Notes under the pieces: model-generated
Seen by the model: only the letters and a program-made list of their open reading frames with translations
Told to the model about the DNA's origin: nothing
Databases searched by the model: none
IMG/VR virus record: IMGVR_UViG_3300037742_000027
Location: 1 to 30,230 of that record
DNA length: 30,230 nt
From: a virus
Taxonomy: Duplodnaviria; Caudoviricetes
Direction: 5' to 3' (one strand)
Shown: one piece after another, positions 6,858 through 15,626 of the stretch
Layout of the letters: each line of letters starts with the position of its first letter
Numbering within the stretch: the stretch's first letter is position 1
Made by a program: the position numbers and the translations under genes

Positions 6858-7366
6858 TGGTCGGTTCCTTCATAGGCCGGGAGAGCGGGACGCGCTAACG
6901 GCGCCTCGACTTGCGCCATCGCGGCGAGCTCGCGCTGCTTACACAGACACGGCGTGACGGTGTTGCGCAGCACGCCAGGCGCGTCCACGTCGCGCAATCC
7001 AGAGCCGTGGCAGTCAGGGCAGTGGTCCTCGCCGCAGAGGTCACAAAAGCCCGCCAGCGCTCGTGCCTGCCGGATCGCGATCCGTCGCTGCTCGTCGCGA
7101 ATGTCGCAGCAGGCCGCGCGTAGGACATCCGGCCGCGGCATCCAGCCAACGCCGCCCGCCATCAACCGTTCTACGCCAGCCTCGAGGAGTGGTAAGGGCA
7201 CGTCCTTTAGCGACATCACCCACGCGATGAGTTGATTTTTTGCCTGCTCCGGTTGCGCAAAATCGCGGGTCCGACTCGCCGCCACGAGCGGCCGAAGCAG
7301 GGTGTTGAACACGTCCAGATGTTCCACCTTGCGGTGATCCCAGAGCGCATCAGCCACGGTTGCCAC
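6854..7366 (-). CDS. Putative helicase loader/replication partner with C-terminal Zn finger
   Basis: Directly follows the initiator. Helical N-domain ending WMPRPDVLR, then CDLC..CPDC.GSG..PCLC. Confidence 0.6.
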   Translation of the reverse strand: MATVADALWDHRKVEHLDVFNTLLRPLVAASRTRDFAQPEQAKNQLIAWVMSLKDVPLPLLEAGVERLMAGGVGWMPRPDVLRAACCDIRDEQRRIAIRQARALAGFCDLCGEDHCPDCHGSGLRDVDAPGVLRNTVTPCLCKQRELAAMAQVEAPLARPALPAYEGTDQ

Positions 7367-8261
7367 CCCGAATCGCTTTCAGGCCCGCCAAGGGGTCGAA
7401 ACCCTGCGCGCCGTTGGCGGGTTTCGATCCGCCATGTGTCGCGGTCCACTGGTGTTTCCAGAAGTCGTAATCGGAGCCGTCCGGCACCACGCGGCCCGCC
7501 CACTGCGCGCGAATCTGCGAGGCCCACGCGATGACTTGCTGACGCGCTTCCTCGAACGGGACGCCTGTCACCTTCCGCGCGAATCCGTCGCACAGATCGT
7601 TCGGGAAACACACCCAATCGCAGAACTCGGTGACGTGTACCGATCCGTGCTTGCGGTCGTACTCCATGACCGGACTGCCGAGAATCGGCCGCATCCGGCC
7701 GCTCGGCGAGTTGATCGGCGAAAAGGTTTCTCTGGACTCTTCCAAAGAAGATCCAGAAACAGAAGCGTGAGCCGTTAGCCGTGAGCCGTTAGCCTCTTCC
7801 CGCCCGCCCGCGCCCGTGGGTGTCCGAAACTTTTCCGAAACTTTTCCGGAATCTTGCGGAGAGTCTTCGACACCCGCGCGCGACTTCAACGCGAACAGTT
7901 TCTGTTGGGCTTTGGAACACGTCGCGAGTTCTTCCGGTGACGGGATGGGCAGCACGGACGCGCGCGGATACCGCACCGATTGCCAATCCTGCCAGTCTGG
8001 TTGATAGGCATAGCGTTTGCCTTGATGCTCAAACACTCGCACGAGACCAACCTTGACGAGTTGTTCAAACGCGCTGCCGAGATGCTTCCGGCGCTCCAGC
8101 GCATCGCTGGCCGACTGCAACGCCAACGCGGAAAACCGCATCACGCCGAAGTCATCCGCCGCGAGCAGGTACGTCGTCCACACCCGATATTCAAAATCGG
8201 TGAGGCCGCTCACCTTCTCGCTGGTAGCAGCGCGCTTATGAAACAGGCGATCGTCAGGCAT
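7350..8261 (-). CDS. Phage replication initiator (replisome-organiser/O-like)
   Basis: N-terminal ..LW..YLLAADDFG....L...GLV..F.....Y....W..WQ wHTH-type domain. Low-complexity centre carrying DNA repeats. Confidence 0.8.
   Translation of the reverse strand: MPDDRLFHKRAATSEKVSGLTDFEYRVWTTYLLAADDFGVMRFSALALQSASDALERRKHLGSAFEQLVKVGLVRVFEHQGKRYAYQPDWQDWQSVRYPRASVLPIPSPEELATCSKAQQKLFALKSRAGVEDSPQDSGKVSEKFRTPTGAGGREEANGSRLTAHASVSGSSLEESRETFSPINSPSGRMRPILGSPVMEYDRKHGSVHVTEFCDWVCFPNDLCDGFARKVTGVPFEEARQQVIAWASQIRAQWAGRVVPDGSDYDFWKHQWTATHGGSKPANGAQGFDPLAGLKAIRGGNRG
7741..7867. repeat. Putative replication origin/iterons inside the initiator gene
   Basis: GTGAGCCGTTAGCC x2 (7767-7794), CCGAAACTTTT x2 plus CCGGAATCTTG (7824-7856), purine-skewed tract 7741-7765. 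Confidence 0.65.
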
Positions 8262-8752
8262 CAGCAGTGCGCCTCTAATTCGTTGGCCGGCGGCGGCGAC
8301 GTCACGCCGACGAGTAACCAGCGGCCTGATTCACCACGCTCCTGCACGTAGCATTCGACCGGGCCGCGCATCTTCTGATCGGTGGTCGGGACCAGCTTCG
8401 CGAGTCCGCTGCCGTCAATGCCGCGCGGGCCGCGATGATGGAATCGACACAGCGCGATGAGGTTCTCCACAGTGCAGCGAATCAGTGTTGGATCGCCGCC
8501 CATGCCTTCCGCTTCGTAGTGCGCCGCTTCGATGCCGCCCCAATACCTGTCAGGCGGGACGTCGCAGTCAGGCCACCGACAGCGGTAGCCGTCCAGATAC
8601 TTCGCCTGCGTCTTGATGGCGCGTTCGGCCTGGACGATCGTGCGGCCTTTCTTGGCGCGGGCTTTCGCGGTCGGACCCTTCGCCGGCTTCGCCTCACGCT
8701 TCTTCGTGCGGGACCAGCCACCCAATTGATCCGCTTTGCTGTAGGCGGGCAT
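8261..8752 (-). CDS. HNH-family nuclease (NinG/Rap-like position)
   Basis: CRWPDC...EAAHY...ENLIALCRFHH. Confidence 0.75.
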   Translation of the reverse strand: MPAYSKADQLGGWSRTKKREAKPAKGPTAKARAKKGRTIVQAERAIKTQAKYLDGYRCRWPDCDVPPDRYWGGIEAAHYEAEGMGGDPTLIRCTVENLIALCRFHHRGPRGIDGSGLAKLVPTTDQKMRGPVECYVQERGESGRWLLVGVTSPPPANELEAHC

Positions 8753-8755
8753 CAG

Positions 8756-9277
8756 CTATAACTGCTTCAGCGAGAAACGCCCGCCGTTTTTGTTGATCAG
8801 GCCCGCCTGATTCAACTTGTAAATAAGGCTCGGAATGTTCTGTCGTCGCGTACCGATCGCGATGGCGAGCTGCGTTGAGTTCATGTCGGAATGGAGTAAG
8901 AGCGCGTCGATGACCTTGGCGCACTGCCCGCCAAGGCGTTGCTTCCACGCGTCCCACACCGCCGCCTTACGCGGGTCCATCCCGCTAGCGCCGGCCCCTG
9001 GAGTGACAACTGCGCTGGGCCGCACATCATCGGCGACCCCGGCCGCGTCGAGTTCGCCAAACACCGCCTGCAGGGCGCGATAGAGCGGTCCGAGTTGCTG
9101 ACGAAGCATCAACAGCGCACGCTGAGCATCCTCCCGCGCCCGCGCTTCGTTCGTCTGGGCGTCTTGAAGCTCGCGCCGTAGCCGACGGTTTTCCATCCGC
9201 AGCGCCTCGGCCTCAACATCGCGCGGTTCAGCCTCGCCGATGATCTGCCCGACGAGGGCCAGCTTGTCGTTCATCAC
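8756..9277 (-). CDS. Coiled-coil plus C-terminal winged-HTH protein
   Basis: MNSTQLAIAIG....IPSLIYKLNQAGLINKNGGRF. Confidence 0.75.
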   Translation of the reverse strand: MMNDKLALVGQIIGEAEPRDVEAEALRMENRRLRRELQDAQTNEARAREDAQRALLMLRQQLGPLYRALQAVFGELDAAGVADDVRPSAVVTPGAGASGMDPRKAAVWDAWKQRLGGQCAKVIDALLLHSDMNSTQLAIAIGTRRQNIPSLIYKLNQAGLINKNGGRFSLKQL

Positions 9278-9909
9278 GCACCAACCGATTCCGCGCCGGT
9301 ATACGCCGGCAACGCACTGAAGCCCTTAAACGCACGTTCCAACAGACTCGACGTCCCGCAACGTTCGATCTGCCGGATCGCCTTGATCGTCATCACGATC
9401 GCGGCCATGTTCAGGCGCACTTCGCGGAACTGGTCGCACGCAATGACGTAATCGAACCGCTGATTCGTCTTCCGTGTCACCCAGCGCAGCGCGTTGTCGC
9501 GGTGCTTTGTGACGGCCTGGAACATGGCGATGTCGCCACCGCGATCGGGGTGATACAACTGCGCCAAACGGCGGAATGCGTCGTGGATCTGCTGCTCGGT
9601 CGGGGCAGGGTCTTGAATCCCCAGCGCGTCCTGCCACGCGAAGTCCTCTTTGATTTTGCGCGAGAAGTACACCGACACGCCCACATCCAGCGGCTCGACG
9701 CCAGGTGTCATCGCCCCTCGCTGATTAAGCTGCACGTTCGAGGAAATCACGAATGACGGCGACTCCATCCGCGTCAGTTCCTTTTCCAGCGCTTCGCGGT
9801 ATTGATTCGCCGTGCGCTTCCATGCCGCCATCGGACGGCGATCCTGCGGCCGCGTGCGCGGCCACCCTTGCGGCCAACTAAGCGGATACGATTCTTTGGT
9901 TTCAGTCAT
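9274..9909 (-). CDS. Phage J-domain (DnaJ-like, HPD) protein
   Basis: YPLSWPQGWPRT N-terminus, WQDALGI...FRRLAQLYHPDRGG, IACDQF..NMAAI..IERCG..AFKGF. Confidence 0.9.
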   Translation of the reverse strand: MTETKESYPLSWPQGWPRTRPQDRRPMAAWKRTANQYREALEKELTRMESPSFVISSNVQLNQRGAMTPGVEPLDVGVSVYFSRKIKEDFAWQDALGIQDPAPTEQQIHDAFRRLAQLYHPDRGGDIAMFQAVTKHRDNALRWVTRKTNQRFDYVIACDQFREVRLNMAAIVMTIKAIRQIERCGTSSLLERAFKGFSALPAYTGAESVGA

Positions 9910-9921
9910 CGCGGTGTCGCC

Positions 9922-10257
9922 CTACCTTTGGAGTTTCATTTCTTCGTCAATAGACGTGAGGTATCGACGACACGTCACGATCATTTGCCGCACTAGGTCA
10001 TCCGCATCCTGCGCCACGCGATAGCGGTCGTATTCCGCCGTCGTCATCGCTTGCACTTCGGCCGCCGCTTTAGTCTTCGCCTCGGTCATCTTGCCGGCGA
10101 GCACATGGCGATACTCCCGCTCGGCATCGCGCACTTCATCGAGCACCGGGCCGAGTAACGCCGTGAGCGTCATCAGCGACTTGCGCGCCGTCTCGGGCGG
10201 CACATTCCCCGGGAGTAACGCGCGTTCGATCTGTTTGATGCGCTCGCGGATCGTCAT
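9922..10257 (-). CDS. Hypothetical helical protein
   Basis: ATGA-coupled, long amphipathic helices. Confidence 0.75.
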   Translation of the reverse strand: MTIRERIKQIERALLPGNVPPETARKSLMTLTALLGPVLDEVRDAEREYRHVLAGKMTEAKTKAAAEVQAMTTAEYDRYRVAQDADDLVRQMIVTCRRYLTSIDEEMKLQR

Positions 10258-10451
10258 CGGCCGTCCGCCTCGTCGCGCGCATCCGCGTCGATGTCCCGCT
10301 GACGCTGTGCCGCTTCACAGTCGTCGCACACGAACGGCTGGCCGTGATCAAATTCCGCCGTGCAGACCTGTGATCCTTCGGCGTCTGCTTGGAGGGCGGT
10401 GCAGGTAAATAACTCCTCTTTGCACACGGTGCAGCGATGGGTATGGCTCAT
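10254..10451 (-). CDS. Small Cys-rich hypothetical protein
   Basis: HRCTVC...C...C...CDDC, ATGA overlaps. Confidence 0.7.
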   Translation of the reverse strand: MSHTHRCTVCKEELFTCTALQADAEGSQVCTAEFDHGQPFVCDDCEAAQRQRDIDADARDEADGR

Positions 10452-10765
10452 GCGCGCACCGTTATTTGCTCGCTTTGCTTAGGCGCGGGTGTTTCGCCGA
10501 GAATGAATTGCACGTCAACCACGTCACCATCGGCCAGCGTGGCCCACTGCTCCGCGATGAAGTTGTGCGCCGTAATCATCGTGTGGTTACCCCATGAGTA
10601 AGGGTCATACGCGCACTTCTGGGTCGCCAGCGTGACGAGATAGATCATCGGATCGCCAAACCCGGCGCGGCGCATCAGGTATCCGTCATCACGAGATACC
10701 AAAATAGCCATCGCGGGAATGAACGTTCCGCGGTCACGAATTTCCAGGAGCTTGGGGGTATTCAT
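10448..10765 (-). CDS. Hypothetical protein
   Basis: GGAGGGA SD, TAGATG coupling, globular composition. Confidence 0.75.
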   Translation of the reverse strand: MNTPKLLEIRDRGTFIPAMAILVSRDDGYLMRRAGFGDPMIYLVTLATQKCAYDPYSWGNHTMITAHNFIAEQWATLADGDVVDVQFILGETPAPKQSEQITVRA

Positions 10766-11005
10766 CTACCAATCCCTCCGGCTGCGCGGTGTCTGCTGCC
10801 GCACGCTCTCACGCTCGGCGTCATTGAACGGTGACGATCCGCCGTGGAACGCTTCGTATTGCCGTTCGGTGGCGCGCTCGGCTTCATCCTGTTCGCATTC
10901 GTCGCAGGCTTCCGTCATCAGCTTGCCGTGCTCGCAGGTGCGCTCGTCGTCCGGCGGCTCGGTGCCGTCGGCGTTGTCATGCTCGTAGGGATTGCGCGGG
11001 AACAT
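10766..11005 (-). CDS. Acidic small protein with CEHG..CxxC (79 aa)
   Basis: GGAGG SD and TGATG coupling at 11003-11007. Restarted from the 10766..11242 ORF. Confidence 0.65.
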   Translation of the reverse strand: MFPRNPYEHDNADGTEPPDDERTCEHGKLMTEACDECEQDEAERATERQYEAFHGGSSPFNDAERESVRQQTPRSRRDW

Positions 11006-11643
11006 CAGGCCGCCTCCGTCACGCGCTGACGGTCGCGCAGGAAGCCGTCCAAGCCCTTCGCCGTCACGTAGTCGACGAACTCTGCGAGCAACGCACAGCA
11101 GTCCTCGTGGAGCGCTGGGTACGGAAAGACGTTGAACAGTTCCACGCTGCGCAGATCGATCTGGCCAGCTGGATTCTCGGAAAGACAGAACACGCGATAG
11201 GTGATCAGCCGCGGCTCGAAGATGTCGACCATGAACCGCCACTGGTAGCTGTCGAGATACTTCTCGACGTCGAACGTCGACAGCGTCGTCTTGTATTCCG
11301 AGAGGTGCGCGCCGAGCATGTGATCGGCCTTGGCGACCACCAGACAGTCGCCGTACTGCTTTGTCGCCTTGGCCTCGAAGACGCCGCGGCGGTCGATTGT
11401 GACCAATGCCGGCTCGACGACATCGTCACCAAAGAAGAAATCGCCACACCGATAGCCGCCGTCGACGCGGTGCAGGTCCGGCTTCTCGAGCACTTGCCCA
11501 TAGGCGGTGCCGAGCATTGCCTTGTGATTCGGCCGCCACTCGCCCTTGATGCTGGCGGTCAGATCGTCCTCGGTCATCCACTCCTGATCCGGAGACATGA
11601 ACAACCGGAACGATTCGAGCGTGGTCGTGCTGATACGCATCAT
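11005..11643 (-). CDS. PD-(D/E)xK superfamily exonuclease-like protein
   Basis: IS.T.L, GTAY..VLE, E, K.D, EYKTT, Y..SYQW motifs. Next to the Sak4-like ATPase. Confidence 0.8.
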   Translation of the reverse strand: MMRISTTTLESFRLFMSPDQEWMTEDDLTASIKGEWRPNHKAMLGTAYGQVLEKPDLHRVDGGYRCGDFFFGDDVVEPALVTIDRRGVFEAKATKQYGDCLVVAKADHMLGAHLSEYKTTLSTFDVEKYLDSYQWRFMVDIFEPRLITYRVFCLSENPAGQIDLRSVELFNVFPYPALHEDCCALLAEFVDYVTAKGLDGFLRDRQRVTEAA

Positions 11644-11771
11644 GTCGGGCGCACCTTCGCGGCCTGCTGCGCGTCACGCTGCGCGATCAAGCGAGCTTTG
11701 GCCGCTTCGAGCACGGCGATCTCGCCTTCCAACTGCTCAATCGCGCGGTCGATCTGTGATTTCTTCGCCAT
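11640..11771 (-). CDS. Small coiled-coil protein (43 aa, MAKKSQIDRAI...)
   Basis: GGGAG SD, fills the gap, ATGA overlap downstream. Confidence 0.6.
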   Translation of the reverse strand: MAKKSQIDRAIEQLEGEIAVLEAAKARLIAQRDAQQAAKVRPT

Positions 11772-11773
11772 GA

Positions 11774-12709
11774 TTACAGCAGGCTCCCAACGGGTTCCTG
11801 CTGCTCTGGGGCGACAGGGGCGACGAAGACTTTCTTCGCCCGGTCGAAGGCAATCGTGAGCGCCTCGGCGCGGTCCATCAGGAGCTTGGCGGCTTGCGGC
11901 TGCAGCGTCGGCCCGAGGGCTTTCACGAGCGGAATCTGCTCGTTCAACTGCGCGGCCGTGGTGAGCGCGTCGATCTTCGCGCGCCACGTCTCGACCTGCG
12001 CCGTCACGCGGGCGCTCTCGTCGCTGATGTTGCCGAGCGCTTCACGGCCCTGGTCGAACAGGTCAGCCATGAACTGCTGCGCCTTGCCGACGGGCGGCAC
12101 CTTGAACGGTGCCCATCCACCGGGGTTCTTCCCGACCCAGCGATCGGTCGGGTTGAAATCGAGAATGCGATCCTTGCCGACCATATAGGCGTAGCCGACA
12201 AAGTCCGCGACCTTCATCACTTCGCCGTAGGAACCTCCGGCGATGTCGGGACGCACGATGCGGGTATCGCCGTCCTTGTCTTCCTTGTCGTGCGCGATCA
12301 GGAGGACGTCCTTGCCCATCGCGCGCAGCTGAGTCACCCACAGACGGAAGCGCGTTTTGAGCACGCCCCAGCCCTGAATCGACAAGCTGCCGCCGCGGCC
12401 GTCCTTCGGGTTCTTCGTGATGATGTCGGCGGTGATGAGATCAAGGCAGCGGCCGACCGTGTCGACGACCACGGTGCTATACGGCTCCAGCACAGCCGGC
12501 TGATTCATCAACTCTTCGACATCGGCCCACGTCGCGATTTGCAGCGTGTCGCCGCGGTTGGCGGCGCGGTGTGCGCCCTGGTCGAAGTCCAGCGCCAGCG
12601 GCGCCTTGGTCGAGTAGCCGAGCGTGCTCTTGCCGATACCGGGTTGCCCGAACAGGCAGAACACCGGATGCTCGACCGCGATCGTTTCCGTGCTCTTGAT
12701 GATTTTCAT
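11774..12709 (-). CDS. sak4: Sak4-like (AAA_24) single-strand annealing ATPase
   Basis: Walker A GQPGIGKST, LDFDQG, VVDT, WG, LIAH..E, D.VGY, GKN. Start at MKIIKS by TAATG coupling. Confidence 0.85.
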   Translation of the reverse strand: MKIIKSTETIAVEHPVFCLFGQPGIGKSTLGYSTKAPLALDFDQGAHRAANRGDTLQIATWADVEELMNQPAVLEPYSTVVVDTVGRCLDLITADIITKNPKDGRGGSLSIQGWGVLKTRFRLWVTQLRAMGKDVLLIAHDKEDKDGDTRIVRPDIAGGSYGEVMKVADFVGYAYMVGKDRILDFNPTDRWVGKNPGGWAPFKVPPVGKAQQFMADLFDQGREALGNISDESARVTAQVETWRAKIDALTTAAQLNEQIPLVKALGPTLQPQAAKLLMDRAEALTIAFDRAKKVFVAPVAPEQQEPVGSLL

Positions 12710-13218
12710 TACGCTCTCGCCTTTCCGCCGAAGTGGTCCGTCATCAGCTTCTGCAGGGGCTGGACGGCACTGTGGGCCCGTGCCTCGTTCAACGCGAGGA
12801 TTTCCGCCTTGTCGTCCTTCGCGAGCTGCTTGTAGACATCCACGGCCCTCGGCCACTCCCCGCGCACGAAGGCCAGGAACCGGCGCACGATCAGTTGTGC
12901 ATCACGGACCAACTTGATCCGCTGCTTCAGCGGCAACGTGGACAGCACGCTCTCGCCGTACTCGCTTTGGAGCATCTCCGCGGCGAAGTAATCCGCCGCC
13001 TCGCGCAACTCGGGATCGGCGACCATCAGCACGGCCGCTTCCGCGATCTGCTGGTAGGTGCTGCGCACGGCATGGGGGATGTCGTCGAACTCGGCGCGCT
13101 TCGACAAGCGATCCGCGCGGTAGAGCGCGAGCGCGACATCGTTGGCGAGGTTGGCGCGCTGCATCATACGGGCCGCTTCCAAGTTCGTCGGGCTTTCGGT
13201 ATCATTGCGATCAATCAC
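12709..13218 (-). CDS. Hypothetical helical protein
   Basis: GTG start with AGGGAG SD, TAATG coupling downstream. Confidence 0.7.
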   Translation of the reverse strand: MIDRNDTESPTNLEAARMMQRANLANDVALALYRADRLSKRAEFDDIPHAVRSTYQQIAEAAVLMVADPELREAADYFAAEMLQSEYGESVLSTLPLKQRIKLVRDAQLIVRRFLAFVRGEWPRAVDVYKQLAKDDKAEILALNEARAHSAVQPLQKLMTDHFGGKARA

Positions 13219-13243
13219 TGGCGTGCTCCCTGGTTCGCTGGTG

Positions 13244-13288
13244 AAAGGCCCGCGCTGCTGCAATCAGTCGCGGGCCGTTTGTCTTTTT
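13244..13288. terminator. GC-rich hairpin, possibly a bidirectional terminator
   Basis: Stem GGCCCGCG (13247-13254)/CGCGGGCC (13269-13276), with AAA on the left and GTTTGTCTTTTT on the right. Confidence 0.55.
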
Positions 13289-14105
13289 ATTCGGCGGCGC
13301 TTTCTTTCCACCACGACGGCAGGCGCTTACCGCGCGGGCCGACGCCTTTGTTGTAAAGGTCCACTACGGCAGCCGCGACGCACTGTTTCTTCTGATTGCC
13401 AGTGCGCTCTCGGATCGATTCCGCCTTCCGCAACAGATCACGCGCACCTTGCCGCAGTCCGTTCAGCGAAGCGCCGAGTTCCTTTTCGTTGGTGCGGCCG
13501 TTGTAGCGGTTGTAGACCAGCCCGAGTCCCTCCACGATCGCGCGGTCGAACGCGAGCGGGTCACCACCGAAACCCAAGTTGATCGTCCGAATGACTTGGC
13601 CGAGCACCACGTCACCGCTCCGGTCATACACAGCGCCGAGTGCGCCAACCGCGCTGATACCTTCGTCGCGCGAGCGGCTGATCTTCTGTCCGTTGGTTTC
13701 AACGGCGCGACGAATGTCTTGTTCGCGCCGATGGCCGGCCGTGCAGGAGACGTGAAATTTGTCATAGAGCGGGACGGGCCGACGTGCATCGCGTCCAAGG
13801 AAGATGTCGGCCATTTCCGCATCAGTCAGATCCTCGTAGACTTCGCAATCGAGCACGTCTTTCTCAAAGCCGTTCTGCTTGAGTGCGTAGATACGATGCT
13901 GCCCATCGACCACCCAGTAATTGCCGTCACGGTGATTGATGATCGGATAGCCAAGCTTGTTCAGGTCGAGTTCCGACGCGATCCGATCGCCATGAGCCTT
14001 GCGAAACTCGCGCTGCGTGACGAGCGCTGGAGGAATGCGCATTTGGTGAATCGGAACCGCGCGAATCTTCGACGGCTTCCGATTACTGCTAGGCTGCTTC
14101 GCCAT
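13287..14105 (-). CDS. ParB/Srx-superfamily protein with DGQHR motif (DUF6551-like)
   Basis: QR....I......LG.PII..RDG.YWVVDGQHR..A......E..A..F. Confidence 0.8.
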   Translation of the reverse strand: MAKQPSSNRKPSKIRAVPIHQMRIPPALVTQREFRKAHGDRIASELDLNKLGYPIINHRDGNYWVVDGQHRIYALKQNGFEKDVLDCEVYEDLTDAEMADIFLGRDARRPVPLYDKFHVSCTAGHRREQDIRRAVETNGQKISRSRDEGISAVGALGAVYDRSGDVVLGQVIRTINLGFGGDPLAFDRAIVEGLGLVYNRYNGRTNEKELGASLNGLRQGARDLLRKAESIRERTGNQKKQCVAAAVVDLYNKGVGPRGKRLPSWWKESAAE

Positions 14106-15123
14106 TGGTTTGCTGCTCCTTCATAAGTCGACGGATGAACGCGCCGAGTTTGTCGCGCGATACCTGCAGCGACCGGACCCAAGTAGGCAACTGCGCGCGA
14201 TCGATGTCTGAGAAGTTGATCAGTTCGGCGCCGTCGGTCAGGTTCTCCGCGTCATTCACGATCTGTTCAAGGATGCGCGTGGAGTCATGGCGCTTGATCT
14301 TCCCGATGGCTTTATCTGCTGGCACTTCGACGCCGAGACGGAGCATGGTGGCGCGAACGTGTTTGTCAGACACACCAACGGCCGCCGCGATCTGACGCGA
14401 GGAATAGCCCTCGCTGGCCATCGTGCGCATCCGCTCCTGGCGCTCCTGAATGGCATCACGGGAACCATCAACCAACCCGACACCTAATTCCCGGCGCACG
14501 TCGGCGACCATCGAATTACTCACGCCGAGCGTCGCGCAAATGTCTTTCGACTGCTGCCCCGCGATCACGGCGTCGACAACGGCCTGATACTGCGGATGGC
14601 GCGCCGACGCGGTGTCGACATGGCGCGAGGCCGGATAGCTCTTGCCATCCTTGCCGGTGACGCGCGGGCGGGACTGTTCGGAATCGGGCAGGTTAACACT
14701 AGTGCTAACCTGCTCACGGAGCCGAGAAACGTATGTTTGAGCGCACCCAACCTGCGCCGCAAGCTGGTTACTGCTGCGCGCCGGAAATTCTTTCAGGGCC
14801 ATGAGAATTGCGTGCTTCTTGTCGCTCGCGGTGAGCCGTTGCCCGTTCGATTTATTTGCACCCAAAGCGAACCACAGGGCATCTGTTTTCGTCCCCGGCG
14901 TCACCGTGGCGTCAATGTCGCCGAGCCCGTTGCGCTTGGCAGCCAGTCCGCGATGGAAACCATCAGCCATGTAGTAGCGGTTGCCGTCATGGAACAGCAC
15001 CACGGGCGGGAACACGACGCCGCCATGCATCGCCTCTGCGTATTCGTGGACAACGTTCTCGCTCACCGACTCGCGGACTTGCGTCCCGGCGTCGAACACG
15101 ATGGCATCGAGAGGAATCCGCAT
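14089..15123 (-). CDS. ParB N-terminal domain protein with HTH motifs (344 aa)
   Basis: TQVR...V.EYAEAM..G..FPPVV....YYMADGFHR, N..NG.RL, SSNQLAAQVG and SSRQIAAAVGVS HTHs. Confidence 0.85.
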   Translation of the reverse strand: MRIPLDAIVFDAGTQVRESVSENVVHEYAEAMHGGVVFPPVVLFHDGNRYYMADGFHRGLAAKRNGLGDIDATVTPGTKTDALWFALGANKSNGQRLTASDKKHAILMALKEFPARSSNQLAAQVGCAQTYVSRLREQVSTSVNLPDSEQSRPRVTGKDGKSYPASRHVDTASARHPQYQAVVDAVIAGQQSKDICATLGVSNSMVADVRRELGVGLVDGSRDAIQERQERMRTMASEGYSSRQIAAAVGVSDKHVRATMLRLGVEVPADKAIGKIKRHDSTRILEQIVNDAENLTDGAELINFSDIDRAQLPTWVRSLQVSRDKLGAFIRRLMKEQQTNGEAA

Positions 15124-15257
15124 TACGGTCGGCTCCCTTTCATGAAGGCGCTGACGATCCACGCGCCCGTCACCATCAATCCGACGAACATCAATCCCAA
15201 CGCGATCACTTGCGCGATGTCGATCGCAAAGCGGATCAACGTGTACTCCTGGTTCAT
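15123..15257 (-). CDS. Small single-TM protein (44 aa)
   Basis: Hydrophobic IAQVIALGLMFVGLMVTGAWIVSAF, GGAGGA SD, coupled at both ends. Confidence 0.65.
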   Translation of the reverse strand: MNQEYTLIRFAIDIAQVIALGLMFVGLMVTGAWIVSAFMKGSRP

Positions 15258-15622
15258 GCGGTCCTCCGCACTCTCACGATGGTTTCGATTTCGACGGCCG
15301 CACCCGCGAGGGCCGCGAACGCGAGCACGATCGGTTGATGCCATTCGGTGACGGCCCACAACAGATCGAATTGCGGACGCTCCGCGCCGTTCTGCCAGCG
15401 CGCAATCTGGCGCTCGTCCACGTCCTTACCGGTGGCGTCCTTGATGCGCGCCGCGATCTCTTTCAGGAGGAGGCCCTTGGTGATTTCGCGCACGACCCAC
15501 GCGATCCCTTCGCGAAACGCATCGCTCTCCGCTTTCCGGAGATCGGCTTTGGCCATCGCCGGCCGCATCTCCGGAATGACGCGATGACCAGCGGCCGCGC
15601 GGTCGGGCATCATCGGACGCAT
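15254..15622 (-). CDS. CII-like HTH regulator
   Basis: LKEIAARI......DERQIARWQNG.ERP. Position downstream of cro. Start uncertain. Confidence 0.6.
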   Translation of the reverse strand: MRPMMPDRAAAGHRVIPEMRPAMAKADLRKAESDAFREGIAWVVREITKGLLLKEIAARIKDATGKDVDERQIARWQNGAERPQFDLLWAVTEWHQPIVLAFAALAGAAVEIETIVRVRRTA

Positions 15623-15626
15623 GTCG

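Noticed and set aside
7767-7856. CRISPR-like array
   Set aside because: Short adjacent repeats without spacers, inside a CDS, and no cas genes.
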